A stretch of DNA of 64,000 bases from an uncultured virus (IMG/VR IMGVR_UViG_2740892424_000003) (IMGVR_UViG_2740892424_000003), one strand, 5' to 3'; counted from the stretch's first letter, positions 28,525-37,972 are shown. Translations and numbers: made by a program. The notes: generated from the letters alone by a model not told the origin.

Positions 28525-28557
28525 TAATATTGGTTGGTACAAACAAGAGGACCAACT

Positions 28558-28776
28558 ATGCACATCGACGAGCCAATCAAATTCTTTGGCAGTGCGGCAA
28601 AGGCCGCCAAGGCCATCGGTTACAACAGGGTCTGCTTCAACGACTGGAGAAAGAAGAACGGAGGCATTGTGTCCCCGAAAGCGGCTGCGCTGTTTGTGAG
28701 CGCAAGCAAGGGGGTGCTTGATTTCGGATTCAGCCACTACGCGAATGCAGAGGTAGATACAAAAGAGGCCGCCTGA
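28558..28776 (+). CDS. cro: Cro-like protein
   Basis: Divergent from cI; FFGS..KAAKAIG......W. Confidence 0.8.
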   Translation: MHIDEPIKFFGSAAKAAKAIGYNRVCFNDWRKKNGGIVSPKAAALFVSASKGVLDFGFSHYANAEVDTKEAA

Positions 28777-28856
28777 CCAGCGGTCATCTATCAACAACCA
28801 ACACCGACCGGACCCCATATGACCAACTTGATCATCACCAACAGAGGACCGACACA

Positions 28857-29246
28857 ATGAGCAGAGCAGCCCTGCCTGATCACGAAAACATGAGCACCAT
28901 TTCACCCCTACGAGTGCGCGGAACGCCCGCGTTTCGCCACGTATGCCAAGAAATCGGCTCAGAGTACAACCTGACTGAAACCGCATTTGCCCGCACCTCG
29001 CTGCTGATCCTGCTCAAAGCCATATCACAGCATGAGCCCGGCATATTGGCGAGAGCCGTTAAACGCGCCAATCGAAGCCTCATTGAACAAGGATTTCCGC
29101 CCGTCACCGAGGAGGAGATCCTGAATGGCTCCGGACTGCCAGAGCGGGGGCTGCTGCAGTTCAGCCAAGAGGATGAGGCCATCTACGACGAAGAGCGGCC
29201 CAAACGCCCCCTGCAAAGACTCGTCAATTTCGTTCTCGGGAGATAA
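28857..29246 (+). CDS. Hypothetical regulator in the cII position
   Basis: AGGACC RBS; preceded by a 13-codon ORF (28819-28860) overlapping its start. Confidence 0.65.
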   Translation: MSRAALPDHENMSTISPLRVRGTPAFRHVCQEIGSEYNLTETAFARTSLLILLKAISQHEPGILARAVKRANRSLIEQGFPPVTEEEILNGSGLPERGLLQFSQEDEAIYDEERPKRPLQRLVNFVLGR

Positions 29247-29250
29247 CGCC

Positions 29251-29463
29251 ATGAAAATCAGACCACCGCGCCCAGCATCACAGCACGTCAGCGACCGCGA
29301 CAACATCGTTTTGAAAGCCGTCATGCACGAGCTGGCCCTGGCTATCGATGAGCCACTGATCACAACCGCCCAAGCCGCAGGCACCGATCGGCAAGCCGCT
29401 CGCCTGGCTCGCGAGCTGCAGGCCCGCACCGTTGAGCGTGCAGAGACGCAGCACAGCGCATAA
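29251..29463 (+). CDS. Hypothetical protein
   Basis: GGAG RBS. Confidence 0.6.
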   Translation: MKIRPPRPASQHVSDRDNIVLKAVMHELALAIDEPLITTAQAAGTDRQAARLARELQARTVERAETQHSA

Positions 29464-29512
29464 CCACCCTTGTCCGATTAACCACCGGGCATTTGAATCA
29501 GGACCTCAGACA

Positions 29513-29671
29513 ATGACCAAATCAATCCTGGCCCACAGTGGCCAACCCTTTTCGGACGATCTCAACCACTGTCCACTGTGTGGCGGTGAGCTGCAATCCG
29601 GTACCGACGACCGCGCCTTTGAGTGCCCCGCTTGCGAGTACACAGAGCAGGAGGTGGTCCATGCATCCTAA
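29513..29671 (+). CDS. Small zinc-ribbon protein
   Basis: CPLC...CPAC. Confidence 0.6.
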   Translation: MTKSILAHSGQPFSDDLNHCPLCGGELQSGTDDRAFECPACEYTEQEVVHAS

Positions 29672-29909
29672 GGAGTTCATCGATCGCAATGTACGCCAGA
29701 TCCTGCTTGCAGCCGGCTTTTCCGATGAAGCCACCCACCAGGCTTGCAAGGAGGCGGTGAGCCACTACGAGAAGACACCGGCATTCCGTAAAGGAGCGGT
29801 GTTCTCGGAGTGCTTACGCGTTGCCAAGCGCATGGCAAAGATTCTTCAGAAGAAGCAGCGCCAGCAGGAACGGGCCGAAAGCAAGAAAAAAGGGAAGGTG
29901 GCAGCATGA
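29661..29909 (+). CDS. Basic hypothetical protein
   Basis: AGGAGG RBS. Confidence 0.7.
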   Translation: MHPKEFIDRNVRQILLAAGFSDEATHQACKEAVSHYEKTPAFRKGAVFSECLRVAKRMAKILQKKQRQQERAESKKKGKVAA

Positions 29910-30661
29910 ACGCAGAATCCTATTCAATCCAAGCGCTTGTTGCAGCTGGTTCGCTGTTCGTCTCTAACCACTCTGGCGGAAAAGACAGTCAGGCCATGCT
30001 GATAAAACTGCTTGAGATTATCCCCGCCACGCAGATTGTCGTCGTGCATGCCTCTCTCGGAGCGATGGAATGGCCTGGTGCTTTGGAGTTGGCAAAGCAG
30101 CAAGCAGAGGACGCTGGCCTGCCGTTTATCGTTGCCAGGGCGAACAAGACCATGCTGGAGATGGTGGAGAGGCGTTTCAAGAATCGCCCAGAAGTCCCGA
30201 GCTGGCCCTCTGCCAGCACACGCCAATGTACCAGCGACCTGAAACGAGGGCCGATTCAGCGTGAGGTAAGGGCCTACGCGAAGGCCAACGGGTTTAAAAC
30301 CATCGTCAACTTCTTAGGGTTGCGCGCCCAAGAGTCTCCAGGACGAGCCAAACGCAAGATTTTCAGCCAGATGAGCATCAGCAATTCTGTTCATACCTGG
30401 TTTGAGTGGCTACCAGTTCACGACCTGCCCACTGATGAGATATTCGCCACCATTCGATCGGCAGGCCAGGAACCCCATTATGCCTATGGCCTTGGCAATG
30501 AGCGCCTTAGCTGCGTTTTTTGCATCATGTCGAGCAGGAATGACCTGAAGAACGGAGCCGCGCATCATCCGGATTTGCTGGATCGATATGCTGAAATGGA
30601 AGAAGAGACCGGCTACACGATGCACATGAGCCGCATACCTATCAAGGAGCTTGCAGCATGA
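29906..30661 (+). CDS. PAPS-reductase-family (PP-loop) protein
   Basis: SGGKDS, RQCT..LK, GLRAQES..R, RLSCVFC. Confidence 0.9.
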   Translation: MNAESYSIQALVAAGSLFVSNHSGGKDSQAMLIKLLEIIPATQIVVVHASLGAMEWPGALELAKQQAEDAGLPFIVARANKTMLEMVERRFKNRPEVPSWPSASTRQCTSDLKRGPIQREVRAYAKANGFKTIVNFLGLRAQESPGRAKRKIFSQMSISNSVHTWFEWLPVHDLPTDEIFATIRSAGQEPHYAYGLGNERLSCVFCIMSSRNDLKNGAAHHPDLLDRYAEMEEETGYTMHMSRIPIKELAA

Positions 30662-31818
30662 GCACTGTTCTCAAATTCCCGGGGGCAGTCGCCCCCATTT
30701 CCAAACCTATCAGCAGAGGTAGCAGCGTGAGCACCAACAGGCGCAGCGGATATGTGATCTGCTGGCGGTCACTGATGGCCGCCGACTGGGCAAAGAGCGC
30801 AGTGAAGTTTGCTGGATGGATGCGGATCATCAGTCTCGCAGCCTATGAAGAGTGCGCTGTGAGCTACAAGGGGCGCGAGTGGACGCTGATGAGGGGGCAG
30901 CTGGTGATCAGCACCACCGAGTTTGGTTCGCTGTTGCGTGACGAGCGTGGGAGAGCCCTATCCAAGCAAGCCACCGATCGACTGCTTGGGTGGTTTGAGC
31001 GCGAGGGGATGGTGAGCATTCAGGGCACCCCATGGGGGTCGGTGATCACCGTCAACAACTATGACGACTACCAGGCCGCGATCATGGCTGTGGATGCTGT
31101 CGAACCAGCACCAGATAAATCAGCTCCAAATGAGCAAAAAGAGACTCAATTGGGTGGCGTTTCGGTCGGTACACCGACCGGTACGCTGACCGGTACGCTG
31201 ACCGAAACGCTCAAAGCCGCGCCAGATATGGGCTTGCAGCTCGTTGGTGATACGCCATCCGGTGTACCGATCGGTGTTTCGACCGGTACGACAACAGAAC
31301 AAGAAATAAATACATTAAAAGAAAACATAAAGATCTCTTCGTCGAAGAACGCTGACGCGCTCCCCGACGCCGGAGTTGTTGAATCGGTTTCAACGTCTGC
31401 CGAGAAGCTCCGCCCAGATGCTGCCATCCAGACCCCGAGCGGGAAATTCTGGGGCACCCAGGATGATCTGACCTGCGCCGAGTACATCCACGGCAAAGTC
31501 TTGGTGGTCAACCCGACAGCCAAGATCCCCAACTGGGCGCAGTGGGCGAACGAGATCCGCCTGATGCGGGCACAGGACGGGCGCACCCATCACGAAATCT
31601 GCTCGCTGTTCAAGTGGGCCAACCTCGATCCCTTTTGGTCTACCAACGTGCAGTGCCCCAAGACCCTGCGCAAGCAGTGGGACAAGCTGCAGGCCAAGCG
31701 CAATGCTGCGCCACTGACCAGCAAGCGCCCGCTGAGCAATCTGGCCGCAGCCCAGAAACAGGCTCGCGCCCTACTCGAATCGGGAGCTGTCAGCTATGAC
31801 GACAACACTCCCCTCTAA
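30658..31818 (+). CDS. Replication initiator (lambda O-like)
   Basis: L.RGQ, IT..NYDDYQ, WAN.IRLMR..D.R, FW..NV..P..LRKQWDKL. Confidence 0.85.
   Translation: MSTVLKFPGAVAPISKPISRGSSVSTNRRSGYVICWRSLMAADWAKSAVKFAGWMRIISLAAYEECAVSYKGREWTLMRGQLVISTTEFGSLLRDERGRALSKQATDRLLGWFEREGMVSIQGTPWGSVITVNNYDDYQAAIMAVDAVEPAPDKSAPNEQKETQLGGVSVGTPTGTLTGTLTETLKAAPDMGLQLVGDTPSGVPIGVSTGTTTEQEINTLKENIKISSSKNADALPDAGVVESVSTSAEKLRPDAAIQTPSGKFWGTQDDLTCAEYIHGKVLVVNPTAKIPNWAQWANEIRLMRAQDGRTHHEICSLFKWANLDPFWSTNVQCPKTLRKQWDKLQAKRNAAPLTSKRPLSNLAAAQKQARALLESGAVSYDDNTPL
31163..31330 (+). repeat. Probable origin iterons plus A-rich tract
   Basis: GACCGGTACGCT x2, variants at 31200 and 31281, an inverted copy, then an A-rich run, all inside the initiator gene. 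Confidence 0.7.
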
Positions 31819-32281
31819 CGTGACAGCCCTGCCTGCCAACCAAGATGCGCCGCAGATAAGCGATCGCATGGCAGTGTTCATGGCGGAGGAGCTGCTGCCG
31901 CTGATGGCCGGGAGCTGGCCAGCCAGTGCCAACCAGCTGGATGCCAATGCCCGTGGCGTGGCGCTGGCATGGGGTGGCGTGCTGCGCGGGTTCACTCCAG
32001 CCCAGATCCGGGAGGTGGTGCAGGACATGGCGGCCGACGCTGATCGCCAGTTCGCCCCGCGCCCGGCAGAAGTACGGTCCGAGATACTGCGTCGGCTGCC
32101 TGCTGCCGCGCCGGTCGAGTCAACCAGGCTGGCGATATCCATCCGGGCGTGCGAGATGGAGGCGACCGTTACCGTGCTGCAGCGTGATGGCGTGGTGACG
32201 AGCGATGCCGTCCAGGTCGAGCTGGAGAGGATTATCACCGAACGCCGTCAGCGTGGTTATACCATCACAGGGAGGATTTAG
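31796..32281 (+). CDS. Putative helicase loader (P-position)
   Basis: Follows O; W...L, F.P.PAE motif. Confidence 0.55.
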   Translation: MTTTLPSNVTALPANQDAPQISDRMAVFMAEELLPLMAGSWPASANQLDANARGVALAWGGVLRGFTPAQIREVVQDMAADADRQFAPRPAEVRSEILRRLPAAAPVESTRLAISIRACEMEATVTVLQRDGVVTSDAVQVELERIITERRQRGYTITGRI

Positions 32282-32283
32282 GG

Positions 32284-32586
32284 ATGTTCAACCAAGACGT
32301 GATCGCCGCTGTGCGCGAGGCAAAATTCTGCCGAGTTGTGATTTACCCGGCCATTCGTGGCTGGAGTGGGGAGCGGGTGCTGCTGGAGGTGTCCGACGAT
32401 ATCGCCGCACTTGGGTACACCGATTGCCAGCGTGGGGCTGGGCATTGGCTGGTGCTCGACACGACGCCGGAGCAAGTGGCGAAGGAGGCCGAGCACCTGA
32501 GAGGCGCGCCAGTGCTGGTGTTGAGAGGTGGTGTCGCAAATGGAGCTGTGGATAACTTGCATGGGGAGGGCCTTGCCAACCAGTGA
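32284..32586 (+). CDS. Hypothetical protein
   Basis: GGAGG RBS. Confidence 0.6.
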   Translation: MFNQDVIAAVREAKFCRVVIYPAIRGWSGERVLLEVSDDIAALGYTDCQRGAGHWLVLDTTPEQVAKEAEHLRGAPVLVLRGGVANGAVDNLHGEGLANQ

Positions 32587-32669
32587 CACAGGGAGTACCG
32601 AGCCGTAACATGAGCAAGTACGAAAACCGGACCTAGACCACCCGGTGATTTAACCAAAAGGACCCCGAT

Positions 32670-32966
32670 ATGACCGAGAAACTGACTACCCGAGATCTAT
32701 CTACCGCGACCCAGTTGGGGCGCGTTATCGCCATCATGAGCGATGGCAAGGCACGCACTCTGCGCGACATCGAGCGCGAGTGCTGGAGCCGCTACGGCCA
32801 CGCCGACACCCAAGCCGCCATCAGCGCCCGCCTGCGCGAAGTCTGTTGCCATGGCTGGGAGAAACACTCCAGCAGCCAGAACATCGACGGCAAGCATGTG
32901 TGGCATTACCGCCTCTCTCCGTTCCCCACTGCTGAGGCCGTTGCGGCTAAGGCGGTGGCAGCATGA
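32670..32966 (+). CDS. Winged-helix protein
   Basis: M.DG..RTL.DI...AISARLRE...W.YRL. Confidence 0.75.
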   Translation: MTEKLTTRDLSTATQLGRVIAIMSDGKARTLRDIERECWSRYGHADTQAAISARLREVCCHGWEKHSSSQNIDGKHVWHYRLSPFPTAEAVAAKAVAA

Positions 32967-33138
32967 GAATGACTCACGCCATGGTGGCTATCCTGGCTGC
33001 CGCTTCGACCCCGACTGCATGGCTCCGACCGATTGACTTCAAGCCAGGCCACGGCTTCTGCATCCCCAATCCGCGCAATGACCACGCTGCCGCTGCCAAG
33101 CGAGCCGCCCGCCGTCGCCGCAACAAAGCCAAGCGGGG

Positions 33139-33513
33139 GTGAGCATGATTGAATCTGTCGAAGTGCGCATTAATGACCTGTCTGGTAGAGCGCTTGACTG
33201 GGCTGTGGCTGAGGCTGACGGCCTGATGCCCTACCCGTTCAAAGGTGAGTTTTTGGTGCTTGATGGGAAGACCAATGCGCCGCTCCCGAAGTTCTCCACT
33301 GACTGGGCGCAGGGCGGGCCGCTGCGGGACAATTATGACGTTGGCATTGAGCCTGGAGTGCCAGATGGCATTCCCTACGCATATGTGCCTGGCCGCGACC
33401 TTGATGGTTCTCGCGGGGAAACCGCACTCATCGCCCTCTGCCGCGCTATCGTGTCCGCCAAGTTTGGTGGCTTCGTGAAGGTGCCAGCCGTGCTGGTTGG
33501 GGGTGTGGTATGA
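33139..33513 (+). CDS. NinX-like protein
   Basis: L.G.ALDWAVA, FSTDWAQGGP, LIA.CRAIV. Confidence 0.8.
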   Translation: MSMIESVEVRINDLSGRALDWAVAEADGLMPYPFKGEFLVLDGKTNAPLPKFSTDWAQGGPLRDNYDVGIEPGVPDGIPYAYVPGRDLDGSRGETALIALCRAIVSAKFGGFVKVPAVLVGGVV

Positions 33514-33953
33514 ACTCCTACCCCAAGTATTTCCTCCGCAGCCCTGATATCCGGTCCCGCGCCTGCCAGCTGGTTGCCGGCTTGCCGGTTGACCAGGACA
33601 AACCGCTGATCATCGAAATCAAGGAGATGACTCGCAGCCTGGCCCAGAACGCCCTGTTTTGGGCTGTCATGACCGACATCGCCGAACAGGTGGACTGGCA
33701 CGGTCGCAAGCTCTCCAAGGAGGACTGGAAGCATGTCCTGTCTGCCGCCCTGTACCAGCAAGACGTAGTGCCGAACATCGACGGCAACGGCTTCGTGGTG
33801 CTGGGCAAGTCCACCTCCAAGATGACAGTGCGCGAGATGCGCGATCTCATCGAGCTGGCCCAGTCTTTCGGTGCCCAGCAGGGCGTGCGGTTCGGGGATG
33901 AATCCCGCCGTGGCTTCGACTGGGTGGCGGCATACGGGAGGGCTGCGGCATGA
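33510..33953 (+). CDS. ninB: NinB/Orf recombination protein
   Basis: RSLAQNA..WA...DIA.QV.W.G.KL..EDWK, G.STSKM. Confidence 0.9.
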   Translation: MNSYPKYFLRSPDIRSRACQLVAGLPVDQDKPLIIEIKEMTRSLAQNALFWAVMTDIAEQVDWHGRKLSKEDWKHVLSAALYQQDVVPNIDGNGFVVLGKSTSKMTVREMRDLIELAQSFGAQQGVRFGDESRRGFDWVAAYGRAAA

Positions 33954-34267
33954 GCAAGACCAAAGCTGACAAGCAGCATCTCTCCGACGTCGCCTCCCTG
34001 GGTTGCGTTGCCTGCCGCAATGCGGGGTACGGTGCCACGCCAGCGGAAATTCATCATGTGCGCTCTGGATCTGGCATGGCCCAGCGCGCAGCTCACAACC
34101 GTGTGCTGCCGCTGTGCCCCCAGCATCACCGCGCTTGCTACCCCACCGGATTCCACGCCGCACCCAAGAGCTGGCAGGCTGAACACGGTAGCGAGGAGCA
34201 ACTGCTGGCCCAGGTGGTCAGTGAAGTGTCCGCGCTGCGCAAGAACACCATCGGGAGGGCGGCATGA
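33950..34267 (+). CDS. Ref/DUF1364-like HNH nuclease
   Basis: GCVAC, EIHH.R, PLC..HH. Confidence 0.8.
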   Translation: MSKTKADKQHLSDVASLGCVACRNAGYGATPAEIHHVRSGSGMAQRAAHNRVLPLCPQHHRACYPTGFHAAPKSWQAEHGSEEQLLAQVVSEVSALRKNTIGRAA

Positions 34268-34503
34268 GCGACAAGGTTATCAATCTATCCGCGGTCAAGA
34301 AGGAGAGCGGTGCCAACGTGATCTCCACCCTTGAGGGCATGCTGGATAGCGCCAGGCGCGGTGAGGTGGTCAACTGCCTTATCGTTACCGTAAACGGTGA
34401 TGGATCCTGCACCAGGGCAGTGGCCAACGGGCATCAGCCTTTCACCCTGCTTGGTCAGCTTGAGGATGCCAAGGTCAGCTTCATGGAGACCTACCTGGAA
34501 TGA
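34264..34503 (+). CDS. Hypothetical protein
   Basis: ATGA overlaps. Confidence 0.65.
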   Translation: MSDKVINLSAVKKESGANVISTLEGMLDSARRGEVVNCLIVTVNGDGSCTRAVANGHQPFTLLGQLEDAKVSFMETYLE

Positions 34504-34922
34504 TCCACCTATCCGCTATTGAAGCCGGTCGCCTACTCAGCAAGCACCCGAAAGCCAAGAAGGTCGTGGAACAGGCCAAGAAAGCGCAGCAGGTGGACAC
34601 CCTGCACCAGCGAGTATTGGCCCAGCTCGTCGGCTTCCCAGAACCAACCACAGAACTGGTGTTCCACCCGCGCCGCAAGTGGCGCCTTGATTTCGCGTGG
34701 CCCACCCGCATGGTCGCCGTCGAGATCCACGGCGGCATCCACTCCGGTGGCCGGCACACCAGGGGGAGGGGGTTCGTAGAGGACCGCGCCAAGATGAACG
34801 AGGCCGCCCTGCTTGGGTGGACGGTCATTGAGGCCACCCCCGAGCACATCAAATCCGGCCAGCTTCGCGCCTGGCTGCTTGCCGCTTTCAATCAGGACCA
34901 AGACCAGAGGACCAACCCATGA
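34500..34922 (+). CDS. PD-(D/E)XK endonuclease (resolvase-like)
   Basis: FHP.RKWR.DFAWP...AVEI.GG, GRH.RG, D..K.N.A..LGW. Confidence 0.8.
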   Translation: MIHLSAIEAGRLLSKHPKAKKVVEQAKKAQQVDTLHQRVLAQLVGFPEPTTELVFHPRRKWRLDFAWPTRMVAVEIHGGIHSGGRHTRGRGFVEDRAKMNEAALLGWTVIEATPEHIKSGQLRAWLLAAFNQDQDQRTNP

Positions 34923-35530
34923 GCATCGAGCTTCTTATCAAATTGCACAGCCCCAAGGCCGTATCCATCGAGGCAGAGTCACAGCGATCCGGTCGTTCGC
35001 CGGATAGCGTAGGGCGCGAGGAGGTGCTGTCCGCCATGGCTCACGCTGAGCACCTGCACCCTGTCGGCGTGATGGTACTGCGTGCCCGTCATCTGTCTGA
35101 TGGGCTGGCCGTGCGTCAGCTCGTCGAGAGTTACCCACCCAGCGCCGTGATGAGTGCGGCAGGGTTACAGGGGGACAGTGAGCGACTGTTGCGCCTCTAC
35201 AAGCGCCACCATCCCTATGGGCGCCGCGAAGCAAAGCGAGCCAGGGAGTTGGAGTTGCTGGGGGATAACGATAATGCGGCTCGGGTGCGGGCCCTAATCC
35301 TCTCTCGCTGTGAGCGGGATACTCAGGGCGGGCGCTGCCCAGCCTGCTCCGGTACCGGTGAGCTCACCAAGCCAAAGCCGCATGCCTGCCCGCACTGTCA
35401 CGCCGGATACATCTCGGCACCGCCACTGGCCACCGATGCGGAACGCAGCGCAGCTCAGGAGCTGCAGTATTGCTACAGTGACGCGGTTCGGGCGTTTCAC
35501 CAGTACCTGGATAAGGCCAAGGCGGCATGA
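34919..35530 (+). CDS. Q-like late antiterminator
   Basis: Last early gene; lambda-Q-like SPK N-terminus and CPACSGTG...CPHC zinc finger. Confidence 0.7.
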   Translation: MSIELLIKLHSPKAVSIEAESQRSGRSPDSVGREEVLSAMAHAEHLHPVGVMVLRARHLSDGLAVRQLVESYPPSAVMSAAGLQGDSERLLRLYKRHHPYGRREAKRARELELLGDNDNAARVRALILSRCERDTQGGRCPACSGTGELTKPKPHACPHCHAGYISAPPLATDAERSAAQELQYCYSDAVRAFHQYLDKAKAA

Positions 35531-35644
35531 TCTTTCTGATGTAGGTCACTGCCAATTGCGACTCAATTAAATACAATGTCATATGAAGGCAAAGACACCT
35601 CCGGGTGTCTTTGTGTTTTCCTACGGCAAGATACGGAGTTGCTG

Positions 35645-35989
35645 ATGAGTTATTTCGATGAGAAGGCCAGGCAGACAAGTGTTGATTCAATGCTGTCGTT
35701 CGGAATCCCAATTTGCTCCAGATATGCCAAGGCAAACGACCTTGCCGAGATGCTGATGTTTACTCATCGCGTGGCATTGCTTGGGCTACATGAGCATATC
35801 AAGAATGTGTCCTATGACACCAAAGCCTGCCTTTGCGTTATAGAGCTGCACGATGAAGACATGTGGTACGACGATTTCGGTGTGAAAATCAAAGAGTGCG
35901 CCGAGAAAAGCATTAGCCAGTTCCAGTGGGCCGGCACAGTAGGCCATGGTGATTCATTCAGGGACATGATGATGGCGCTCGATTCATGA
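35645..35989 (+). CDS. Hypothetical moron protein
   Basis: GGAG RBS; lower GC. Confidence 0.7.
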   Translation: MSYFDEKARQTSVDSMLSFGIPICSRYAKANDLAEMLMFTHRVALLGLHEHIKNVSYDTKACLCVIELHDEDMWYDDFGVKIKECAEKSISQFQWAGTVGHGDSFRDMMMALDS

Positions 35990-36180
35990 GCTTCAATCTG
36001 TGCGACCTGCCACCCGAGCAACAAGAACAGGTGGAAGTAGAAAAGGCGGCCGCCTATGCGGTCTGGAAGGAAAGGAACCCGGATATCAAAACACCAGCAG
36101 AGAGTGAGGCTGGCAACTACAAGGGTGAGATGCAGACTTACTTCCTCCAGCAGGTGGAGCGGTACCGGAAGATGAAATAA
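35986..36180 (+). CDS. DNA polymerase III theta (HolE/Hot, DUF3283)-like protein
   Basis: NL..L...Q..VEVEKAAA...WKER ... YF......R resembles HolE. Confidence 0.7.
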   Translation: MSFNLCDLPPEQQEQVEVEKAAAYAVWKERNPDIKTPAESEAGNYKGEMQTYFLQQVERYRKMK

Positions 36181-36201
36181 GCACAAACACGGGAGTGCGT
36201 G

Positions 36202-36426
36202 ATGAATAACGAACAGAAGTTGATTCACCATTTGTTGGCTGGAGTGAAAGACCCTCGCTCTGATGTGAAAGCCGCAGCTTTGATTGCCATTGGTGAGAGC
36301 GGAATGATTGATGAAGATCTGTTCATTGCCGCGCTAGAGGATGGAGTTAAAGATCCACGGGCAGACGTTAAAGCTGCTGCCCACGCAGGTATGGGGCGAA
36401 TGCTCAGAAACTCCAACCGTCAATAA
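36202..36426 (+). CDS. Small two-HEAT-repeat protein
   Basis: GVKDPR.DVKAAA...G twice. Confidence 0.75.
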   Translation: MNNEQKLIHHLLAGVKDPRSDVKAAALIAIGESGMIDEDLFIAALEDGVKDPRADVKAAAHAGMGRMLRNSNRQ

Positions 36427-36454
36427 TCCGACGCCAGCCAATATCTGCGATTGC

Positions 36455-36555
36455 TTGCTATTTGCTGACGTGTGGCACAAAATCTACCCATCATAGCCGG
36501 ACTCTTATTGAGCCCGGCTTTTTGTATCTGGCCCGCCTTCGTGCGGGCTTTTTCG
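36455..36555 (+). promoter_or_regulatory. Late promoter-terminator unit 1
   Basis: TTGCTA-N17-CAAAAT with GTGGCACAAAAT, then two hairpin-U tracts. Confidence 0.7.
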
Positions 36556-36575
36556 TTTCCGCACGGGAGGGAAGG

Positions 36576-36890
36576 ATGCCTGAGAAGGATCCGCAGAATT
36601 ACAGCCTGCTGGCCTATCTGGCATTCGGCGGGCTGAGTGTTTGGGGAGGGCTTGTGACCTACATACAGACAGTCAAACGGGAGGGGCGGCAGTTTCGTTG
36701 GTTTGAAGCGCTGCTGCAGATTGTGGTGTCCGGGTTTGCCGGGATGCTGACCATGCTGCTGTGCTGGTACTTCTCTGCACCCTTGCCGCTGTGTGGCTTC
36801 ATGGCTGGTATGTCTGGCTACATGGGCTCCAAGGCGCTGGATTTATACGAACGTCGGGCTACCGGCTGGATGGGTGGGAGGAATTCATGA
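36576..36890 (+). CDS. Holin
   Basis: MPEKDP start, 2-3 hydrophobic helices, upstream of the endolysin. Confidence 0.85.
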   Translation: MPEKDPQNYSLLAYLAFGGLSVWGGLVTYIQTVKREGRQFRWFEALLQIVVSGFAGMLTMLLCWYFSAPLPLCGFMAGMSGYMGSKALDLYERRATGWMGGRNS

Positions 36891-37435
36891 GCATCCGTTT
36901 GCAAGTTATTGACGAGGTTATTGAGCGTGAGGGCGGGGAGAAGTTCACCGACCGAGCAGAGGATCGCGGCGGCCCCACTCGCTGGGGGGTGACGCAGGCC
37001 ACTGCGCGCCAGTTCGGTTACTCCGGCCACATGCGTGACTACCCCAAGGTGGAGGCGATCAAGGTCTACACCTCTTTTTGGAATCAGCTGCGCCTGTCCA
37101 CCATCGAGGTGTTCGATGCCGACCTGGCCACTTACCTGTTTGACTACGGGGTCAACTCAGGCCCCGGTCGAGCGGCAACCGACTTCCAGCGCCTGCTGAA
37201 TGTGCTGAACGATCGACAGAAACTCTATCCAGATATGAAAGTAGACGGGGCCATCGGGCCCCGTTCTCTTTCTGCGCTGGAGAGTTACCTCAAGGCTCGC
37301 GGTGCTGGCGGCAAGCGGTTGCTTGCCGAGGCCGTCAACTCCCTTCGGATTGCCCACTGCATCACCCTGGCTGAACGTCAGGAGTCGCAGGAGGCCAATG
37401 CCTACGGCTGGCTGAGCCGGATTTGTAACCTGTGA
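36887..37435 (+). CDS. GH108 endolysin with peptidoglycan-binding domain
   Basis: EGG, DRGG.T.WGVT, FD.GVN.G, VDG.IGP, GW..R. Confidence 0.92.
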   Translation: MSIRLQVIDEVIEREGGEKFTDRAEDRGGPTRWGVTQATARQFGYSGHMRDYPKVEAIKVYTSFWNQLRLSTIEVFDADLATYLFDYGVNSGPGRAATDFQRLLNVLNDRQKLYPDMKVDGAIGPRSLSALESYLKARGAGGKRLLAEAVNSLRIAHCITLAERQESQEANAYGWLSRICNL

Positions 37436-37442
37436 GGTAGGA

Positions 37443-37667
37443 ATGGAAAACATTATCGAAATTGCGATGAATTGGCTGCTGATCCTGCTGGCCGTCGTCG
37501 GTGCGGCGTCGATGATTGTGCAGGGGCTGGCCCAGATAGCGGCCATCACCCCGTCCACTCGGGACGATGAGATCATCGGCAAGGTGCAAGCCTTCCTGGC
37601 TGGGCTTGCCAAGATCCTGGACAAGGTGGCGCTGAACCTGCCGGCAGACAAGGCGCGAAGGCCGTGA
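37443..37667 (+). CDS. Small membrane protein of the lysis cassette
   Basis: Hydrophobic N-half, TPST.DD motif. Confidence 0.7.
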   Translation: MENIIEIAMNWLLILLAVVGAASMIVQGLAQIAAITPSTRDDEIIGKVQAFLAGLAKILDKVALNLPADKARRP

Positions 37668-37846
37668 ACGCCATCCTCAAGTTGCTGGAGTTGTTCGCTG
37701 ACGAGCTGATGCGGGCGCTCCGGCTGCAACGGGCCAGAGAGATACAGGAGGATCACGATGCGAATCACGATGACCCGCAAGGGCGCTTTGCCGATCGCTT
37801 TGGCGCTGCTTCTGATCGGGTGCGCGACGACGAGCACAAACCCTAA
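37664..37846 (+). CDS. Possible Rz-like spanin subunit
   Basis: Overlapped by a lipoprotein gene in another frame. Confidence 0.5.
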   Translation: MNAILKLLELFADELMRALRLQRAREIQEDHDANHDDPQGRFADRFGAASDRVRDDEHKP

Positions 37847-37970
37847 CTGCCCGCCGCCCGCACCACATCTGGAATGGAACCCCGCCGCTGATGGCGGGGT
37901 TTCTCTTTCTGGTGAGTCCACGGCTCGCCTGCTCGATTACATCGACGCACTGGAGCGCTGTACCAGATAA
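37758..37970 (+). CDS. Rz1-like lipoprotein (o-spanin)
   Basis: AGGAGG RBS, lipobox LIGC, Pro-rich. Confidence 0.75.
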   Translation: MRITMTRKGALPIALALLLIGCATTSTNPNCPPPAPHLEWNPAADGGVSLSGESTARLLDYIDALERCTR

Positions 37971-37972
37971 CC

